Source: Iphione sp. A-MEVVRFRX5
Lineage: Eukaryota
Reading direction: 5' to 3'
DNA length: 64,000 bases
NCBI GenBank assembly: GCA_976226885.1
Contig: OZ320316.1
Location: 109,306,001-109,370,000 of the forward strand
Below are positions 54,401-63,400 of this stretch, piece after piece. Below the pieces are notes generated by a model. It was given only the letters and a program-made list of their open reading frames with translations, did no database searches and was not told the origin of the DNA. The first letter of the stretch is position 1; the number at the start of each line of letters is the position of its first letter. The position numbers and the translations under genes are program-made.

Positions 54401-57400
54401 CCCCCGCATTCATAAAGCCTTTCCCCTTACAGCCCCTCCACGTTTGATTCTTCTCCAGACGTCTTCGCACTCTCACAGCTCCGCATACACCAGGCGGAGC
54501 CAATGTGGCCGGATGCGGAAGTGAGTCTCACCGTCGATGCGCACCTGACTAACGTCGGCACGGAGCGGGTCGTAGCCCGCCTTGGTCCGTCCTTACAGCT
54601 GGCTGCCTATCTATCCAGTGACCCCGTCCTCGATGTGTCCAGTGATAGGTTCCTAGGACGACCACAGATCCCTGAGGGTATGATGATGATTTATGAAATG
54701 GTTGAACAAGGTGGTTGGGGGTTGATGTTCCTCCACATCTGCGTTGATAATTCTCAGGTCACTCCAAGCATCCAGCAATCAGAGTGGAAATATACTTATC
54801 CATGTCAAAGCATACACACAGTAAATGGTAGATTGTATACCTGTCCAAATAGCAAAGTATACAAGTATCAAAGTACACAAGTGTGAGAGTGCAAGTAGCA
54901 AAGTATACAAGTAGCAAAGTGTATACATAGCACAGTATACACATAACAAATGATGGCGTGAAGACCTATCCAACAGCAAAGTATACAAGTATCAAAGTAC
55001 ACAAGTGTTAGAGAGTGCAAGTAGCATAGTATAAAAGGAAAACAGTGTACACATAGCAAAGTATACACATAGCAAGTGATAAATTGTAGACCCATCCAAG
55101 TATCAAAATATACAAGTATCAAGGTATGCAGGTGTTAGAGTATGCAAGTAGCAAAGTGTATACATAGCAAATGAAGCTATTCTTCAACATCTGCATTGAA
55201 AAATAATAGATATAAATTCAGTTGTTCCTGCACTTCTTTTCAGTTGTTAATCATGAAATCCTCTGTAATTGCGGAGATGGTTAATAAAATATTAGAATTT
55301 GAATTTAATTTTTGATTGACCATGAGGCATGAACCTTTTACTCCGTACCGCTGTTAATTTCTCGATTGCCCTCCCCGCCTCTTCAGGGTTAATGGAGGCG
55401 CTGACGGAGGGCCTTGACCCTGGAGAGACGCTCGTCCTCTCTGACCTTCAGGTCAGTAACTTCACCGTCGCTCAGGAGAACTGCTCCGTGGCAAGGTTCC
55501 TCCTCTTAAAAGTGGAGCCCCTCTCTGGGTTCTCCGTCACAGACAGTGAGAGCAGTAACAACTTCAAGGCTATGCCTCTGGTGACTAGGTGCGATGGTAA
55601 GTAGTAAGCTTCACATTATGACAGTCTTGCAATGGTATACAGTAGAAACTCACAAGTGCGGAGACCCTTGGTTCCCAGTGAAAGTGTTTATATTGAGGGG
55701 CTGTCACTAGTCCGTGATAGTTCAATTTATGACCAGATTATAATTTTGCTCTGTTTGATAGTGTCCCCAGCCTCTAGTAACTGGGTGTGAAGGTGAGTGG
55801 TAACCTTCACATTAAGACAATAGTGTACAGTAGGGTGTCACAAGTGGGGAGACCTTCAGTTCTTGGTAAAAGTGTCTGCATTAAGGGTATGTCAGTAGTC
55901 CTGGATAGTTCATTTTATGACCGTATTGTAATAGTGTTCTGTTAAAGAGTGTCCTTAGCCTCTGGCAACAAAGTACAAGGGTAAGTGGTAACCTTCACAT
56001 TGACACAGTCTTGGGATGGAGTACAGTAGAACAGCACAACCGGGGAGACCTTTGGTTCTTGGTGAAAGTGTCTGCATTTATGGGATGTCAGTAGTCCTGG
56101 ATAGTTCAATGTATGACCGTATTGTAATAGTGTTCTGTTAAAGAGTGTCCTTAGCCTCTGGCAACAAAGTACGAGGGTAAGTAGTAACCCTCACATTGAC
56201 ACAGTCTTGGGATGGAGTACAGTAGAACAGCACAACCGGGGAGACCTTTGGTTCTTTGGTGAAAGTGTCTGCATTTATGGGATGTCAGTAGTCCTGGATA
56301 GTTCAATGTATGACCATATTGTAATAGTGTTCTGTTAAAGAGTGTCCTTAGCCTCTGGCAACAAAGTACGAGGGTAAGTAGTAACCCTCACATTGACACA
56401 GTCTTGGGATGGAGTACAGTAGAACAGCACAACCGGGGAGACCTTTGGTTCTTGGTGAAAGTGTCTGCATTTATGGGATGTCAGTAGTCCTGGATAGTTC
56501 GTTTTATGACCGTATTGTAATAGTGTTCTGTTAAAGAGTGTCCTTAGCCTCTGGCAACAAAGTACGAGGGTAAGTAGTAACCCTCACATTGACACAGTCT
56601 TGGGATGGAGTACAGTAGAACAGCACAACCGGGGAGACCTTTGGTTCTTTGGTGAAAGTGTCTGCATTTATGGGATGTCAGTAGTCCTGGATAGTTCAAT
56701 GTATGACCATATTGTAATAGTGTTCTGTTACAGAGTGTCCTTAGCCTCTGGCAACAAAGTACGAGGGTAAGTAGTAACCCTCACATTGACACAGTCTTGG
56801 GATGGAGTACAGTAGAACAGCACAACCGGGGAGACCTTTGGTTCTTGGTGAAAGTGTCTGCATTTATGGGATGTCAGTAGTCCTGGATAGTTCATTTTAT
56901 GACCGTATTGTAATAGTGTTCTGTTAAAGAGTGTCCTTAGCCTCTGGCAACAAAGTACGAGGGTAAGTGGTAACCCTCACATTGACACAGTCTTGGGATG
57001 GAGTACAGTAGAACAGCACAACTGGGGAGACCTTTGGTTCTTTGGTGAAAGTGTCTGCATTTATGGGATGTCAGTAGTCCTGGATAGTTCAATGTATGAC
57101 CATATTGTAATAGTATTCTGTTAAAGAGTGTCCTTAGCCTCTGGCAACAAAGTACGAGGGTAAGTAGTAACCCTCACATTGACACAGTCTTGGGATGGAG
57201 TACAGTAGAACAGCACAACCGGGGAGACCTTTGGTTCTTGGTGAAAGTGTCTGCATTTATGGGATGTCAGTAGTCCTGGATAGTTCGTTTTATGACCGTA
57301 TTGTAATAGTGTTCTGTTAAAGAGTGTCCTTAGCCTCTGGCAACAAAGTACGAGGGTAAGTGGTAACCCTCACATTGACACAGTCTTGGGATGGAGTACA

Positions 57401-60400
57401 GTGGAACAGCATAACCGGGGAGACCTTTGGTTCTTGGTGAAAGTGTCTGCATTTATGGGATGTCAGTAGTCCTGGATAGTTCAATGTATGACCAGGTTGT
57501 TATTCTGTTCTGTTAAAGAGTGTCCTTGGCCTCTGGCAACAAAGTGCGAGGGTAAGTGGTAACCCTCACATTCACACAGTCTTGGGATGGAGTACAGTAG
57601 AACAGCACAACCGGGGCAGACCTTTGGTTCTTTGGTGAAAGTGTCTGCATTTATGGGATGTCAGTAGTCCTGGATAGCTCAATGTATGACCAGGTTGTTA
57701 TTCTGTTCTGTTAAAGAGTGTCCCTAGTCTAAGGGTGCCCCTGTCTTGGATATCTCCAGTTGTGAGATTCTGCTGCATATACAGTGGAAACTTCTTTACG
57801 TGTATACCTCTGCTATGAAAGTCTTCTTTGAGATCACTTCATTGTCAGAAGCTTCACAAGCGGAGTTATAAACAAACAGCCATTAGAACACATTGGTCTT
57901 CTTTATAATCCCATGTATTGGTCTCACTTTTTATATTGATAGTATTATTGATTTTGTTATAAAGGAACTTGGTCTTAGAAGATTGGTAATAGATATGAAG
58001 GTGTTTTATCATAATTTTATGGCATTTCGCCATCCTCATGGATTTTTCTGACATGGTGTTATATTTTGGTTAGGAAATGTCTGTCACTCGCAACCAATGT
58101 CATTTATTTTCAGTATTCTCGGAGATTCAGATGAAGGTCTCATTAGAGTCTCTCTGTAGGCTTCCTAGTTTTGTCTCTGGAGGATATTTTGCTCCTAACT
58201 TTATCCTTATGGTGACATTGCTTTACTGACAAGGCTTAATAAAATAAGTTTGTGTTTCTGGTAATGCGACTGACCGATATTTTAGTCCCAATGGAATGTT
58301 TATTGTTTCTTCTTCTGTGAATATCTTTGGACTGAATAATGATAGAAACATTTACAATACACCATTGTGTTCCTCAGATCACTAAAAATCCAAGCACTCA
58401 AAGCATTATTATCAATTAATTTCTTTGCTATCTGGATGAGTTAATGTTAAAAAAAAAAAATTTACCTACCGACCGACCGACCTTCAATTTTTTCAACATG
58501 TTACTGCAAATACAGACGTTTTTAGGACTAAGCTTGATTTGCTTTGTGTTATTGCAGGTGATGTTGATATTGAAATAACCTCGTTTGATGGAATGACGGG
58601 TCTGTCTGTGAGAATTATGTGGGATGACTTCAATATAAGACCAGGTAAGTCCAATTTCCATCTAACTAAATGATTATGTAACCAAAGAGACAGTAGCGAA
58701 GGAGGGGGATAGACAGCGTGACAGCACCAGCACAGCATTAACAGTAATGGACTGCACCGTTTGACTAATGGTCAGCTGTCAAACTAGACTAATTGTCAGC
58801 TATCAAACTAGACTAGTGGTCAGCTGTCAAACTAGACTAATTGTCAGCTGTCAAACTAGACTAGTTGCCAGCTGGCAAACTAGCCTAATGGACAGCTGTC
58901 AAACTAAACTAATTGTCAGCTGTCAAAATAGACTAGTGGTCCGTTGTCAAACTAGACTAATGGTCAGCTGGCAAAGAAGCCTAATGGTCAGCTGTCAAAC
59001 TAGATAGAAGCTCTGTTTGTATTTTAACGTGTCCCAGTGTGAACGCAAAGTATAGTTGACTTTGTGCACAACTCAGCTAGGAATGCAACTGAGAATTCAG
59101 GGTGCTTTGCTTGGTCCAAATGATTTATTTCTGATAATATAACCAACAAAGAACCTCTCATAGTAAAGGGGAAAGTTTCAGGGCTGGCTCGTCACAGCAC
59201 CAGTAACTCATACTGGGAGGTAAATATCTAAATTTGTTTGTAACTAACAGAACCATCTGAAAATATATATTTGATACAGTATCTAAGATGAAACTCTAAA
59301 TGTTATCTGTAGTGTAATCCTTATATTTCAGAAACTAATATCTTTTAAATACTCAACCAATCTTGAGTAATATTGAGAAGCCAATTTTCACTGAAGTTAA
59401 GTTTTGTCAATCAGAGTAGATTTGAACATCCAGAAACCAATCCCTGGCTCCTGGCCTTCAATTATTATTAAATAGCTGGTCAATACACTATAACAGGACA
59501 GCAAATACTAAAAGTACCATGGTCAGTTTTTGAATTTTCATTCCAGTTATGCTGAAAAGTTTGTTTTTGCACAGAAAAATTATGTGTTTTTTGTGGAGGA
59601 TAGACCTCACTTGGGCCTGTAGACAGCCATGTATGTTATGGAAGGCGCCTTGTATGGATCTCTGTGCAGAAACCAATATGGCAGGTCTGCCCTTTCTTCT
59701 CTCTCCTTTCTAGAGTCGTTCACCTACCGGATGTGGATTTCCCATGATGCCCAGCTGGATCCTGACTTAGATTGGCGCCTTAAATATGGCGGAGAGGTGT
59801 CAGTGGGGTACCAGTCTGGCGCTTCCTACGACGCCCACACAGGCGTCATTGACATTGCCGACGTTCCAGACGCTTACTGCCACAATGCCTTTATTATCGC
59901 CCAGGTGGACTTGAGCAATGGCATAATGGAGCGTAATAAGGGCAACAATATTAAATCAGCCGCAGTTACCAAATCATGTGACACAGGTGCGTTTTACTTG
60001 TTTTTAATTATTTTTGTTTTTTAATTCAGTTGATATATGTCTCACCAGATCAAAGAATTCCAGGCCTCGCTGCTCTGAGTGGTTTTACAATGACATTAAT
60101 AATGCAGTCATAACCTTTAATGAGTTAGCTGGTTCGACCTTTTTGTTTTTTGTTCAACATATGAATGTCAACCCAAATTATAACCCTTTTTCCATGAAAG
60201 TAATTCACAAAAGATGAAATGACAAGAAAAGCATAAGAACATAAGATAACATGACAGGGATACCATGACAACAATATAAATATAAGCTAAAACGATGAGC
60301 ATGAGATAACATGACAGACAGAGATAACAGGAAAAATCTGAGAGCTAGGGATCTTTTCAGCATGAATATGAAAGCAGATGCAGTTGCCTGTGCTTCTGTC

Positions 60401-63400
60401 TTTTTGTTTCTCTAGATATCATGTGGTTCACCATTGAGGCTCCCCCGATGGTAAATCCGACGTACAACAAAGTATTTTCCATGCAAATGGACCTGAGAGT
60501 CGAATGCTACAGACCGGATCCATCACAATGTCCGCCCCTGGATGCTGCCCCGGGTTCGGATTACATCTCTTTTGTTCTACAGGTAAGTCACCTTCCACAG
60601 TCAAGGTCAGCTTCCAGAGTCAATGTCAATTTCCAAAGTCCAGGGCATTTTGCACAGTAAATGTCACCTTCCATAGTCCAGGTCAACTTCCAAAGTCAAG
60701 GTCAACCCCGACCGTCAAGGTCAACTTCCAAAGTCAAGGTCACCCTACCACCTCTTTTCTCGCTTTTATCCCCTTGTATCTTCTACCCAACATTGACGCC
60801 TGTTTCCAGCCTTGTGTCGATCTGTGTGTTTGCTTCGCTCATATGTATTCACCTATAATGTTATAGAAGGAAACTTGCGTGTGAAGGCCTCCACCAGATG
60901 GCCCAGAGTATTTCATCTGCCTTATAATTGTCTGTATATGGGTAACCAGAGGGAAGGACAGGCAATTCAATGGAGTTTTGTTTATTGTACAATAGAGGTG
61001 TGAACGTTACGCTGGGGTTGAGTCACGGCTTCCGACACCCGATGCGGGAATATTTGAATGAACTTTGACATGATGTTTATGTTGCAGTTGTATGATGGAG
61101 ATCTGATCCCTGTGGCAGACCTGGAACCTAATGTCATCGACGGCACTTCTGAGAGGCTGGTGACTCCCGAAATACTAGGCAATCGCTTGGATCAAGGTAA
61201 CCAGCAGATAAGTAATACAATGTTACCAGTCATGGCAAATCAAGGTTGGGGGAGGAAAACCATTGTCGAAGGTTAATGGAAAGTCATTTTAATTTGTCCT
61301 TGCCCAAAAAGTCATAGAATACTCATATTATTACATCCTCAGCTACCAGGTTCGGGTGGTAGGAGGGTCTGTAAGGCGCAGGCTGTAAAGGTAGTGAGGA
61401 GGCTTTTACGAATTCCTTGAAACGCTAACCTTTTCGGGGAGGATAGTCATTGATTTGTGTCTGTAGTGACTAAATTCGAGAATCAGGTAGTTGTAAGAGA
61501 TTATTACTCTTACAAGTCTCTGTACACGGCCTTCTTAAATTCCGTTGTATATATATTTTCTCCTAAAGATGTTGGCGAAGAACTGCCATGGGAAACATTT
61601 ATATCATGGCTATGTTTAGTGAGATTTGTATGACAACCTTTGCATTATTTACTTAAAGCATGTCAGCTTCAGCATCTTTAGCCGTAATTTCCATGTGAGT
61701 CTATTTTAAGATAACACTAACGAAATACTGATAACTTGATAACACGGATAGTAGTACTGATAGCACAGTGATGGTGATACCACTTACAACATTGATAGTA
61801 ATTCTATTTATATTAATGATAAGAGTGATAAATGGGGTAACATCAAAACAGTAATTAAAACTGCTGACTAAAATGACAATGCTACCAGTCATGAAAATAC
61901 CACTGACAAAAATGAAACACGGCTACCAGTAATGGAAATACTAATGACAGTGATGAAATACTGCTTATAGCAATGAAAATATTGCAGAAAATAATGAAAC
62001 AATGAAACACTGAAACACTACCAGTTATGAAAATATCAATGACAGTGTTGAAACACTAATAATAGAAATGAAAATGTTATTTAGAACAATGAAACACTGC
62101 TTACAGTAATAAAAATACTGGTGACAATAACAAAACACTGCAACCAGTAGTGACAATACAGCTGACAATAATGAAACACTGTGATACCATTGACCCGATT
62201 GATTCACCCTTGCAGGACCACTACTTGTAGAGATCAGTGGTGATTTTATAATGAAGAACAGAACACAGTGTGAGGATATCAGGTACATGGAGGTGAAACT
62301 TCAGCGAGGAAATGCACCCGTCGGACCCACCAGCCCTCTGAGCCTGGGACCCCCCGCCAGCAAGACTCGACTGACCCCCTTCACGGTGATCTGTGATGAA
62401 CGTGAGTATCAGGGACACCCAGCACTCCGGGAGAAATGCAGTAGAGACTCGGTTAGCAACCCCCTTTCTGCAACAACCATTGCTTCTTCTATAGAGCCAG
62501 AGCAGAGAAAGTACAAATTTAATATAATGAATATAACCTTACAACCAATCTAACAACCACTTCTTGTAAAGGCCAGAGTAAAAATGTGGTTGCACGAATA
62601 ATGATGCCCAAAATATCATATAATAGTATTCTATATTTTAATTACTATTGTTATATATAAACCTAATATTATAAACATCAAAATGGTGTAACATAGATGA
62701 TAGCATAGCACCTTGTGTACCTTTTATGACTGTGTTCATTATCTCATGGAACATGGTAATCTTACATGTTCATTTGATTACTGATGCACATGGCTGTTTA
62801 CCTCAAAGTATGCATACTGTTGTATGGGTTCCTGTAAATCTTGGTGGCTTAGGCTCTCCTTGCCTACTTCAGAAAGCCTATTCTCTCACCACAGATTCCA
62901 GTAAGAATGAGATCATGAGAATGGAAGGTCCGTATCTTGCTCACTTAGCTGAGGTATATAAATTATGTTTAGCTGTAATGATAAAGCATATAGTAATATA
63001 TCCTAGTATATGTCTCAGGACATCTTAAGTAGCCAATGTCCATGCCACTTCATCCCTTTATGTTTCAGCCTATTTTGTCAGAATCATCTCATACTAGGGC
63101 TGCCTACACTTTTATTTTAAATCATGTTGTCCTCTCTGACAAGCAGACAAATATAATTAAATGAAATAATAGATGGGACGGGAAAATTTAGCAATTTCTC
63201 CTAATGGAAACTTTTTGTTGGACGTGACAGTATGAATATTGTCTGCCATGTATCACAGATTTGAGTGTCCTTTGAATTTTCTTTCACAGGATCTATTGAT
63301 TTGGCTGTGACATCCTTCATGGTGGGGAATGCTGCCTCACCAGTGAACCATTCAACTCAAGCCCTTCCCTTAGTCATAGAAGTGGATGTCACAGCAACCA

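Noticed and set aside
55575-57730. CRISPR array (also considered for 13283-13780 and 22070-23400)
   Set aside because: These are head-to-tail tandem units with no unique spacers and no cas genes.
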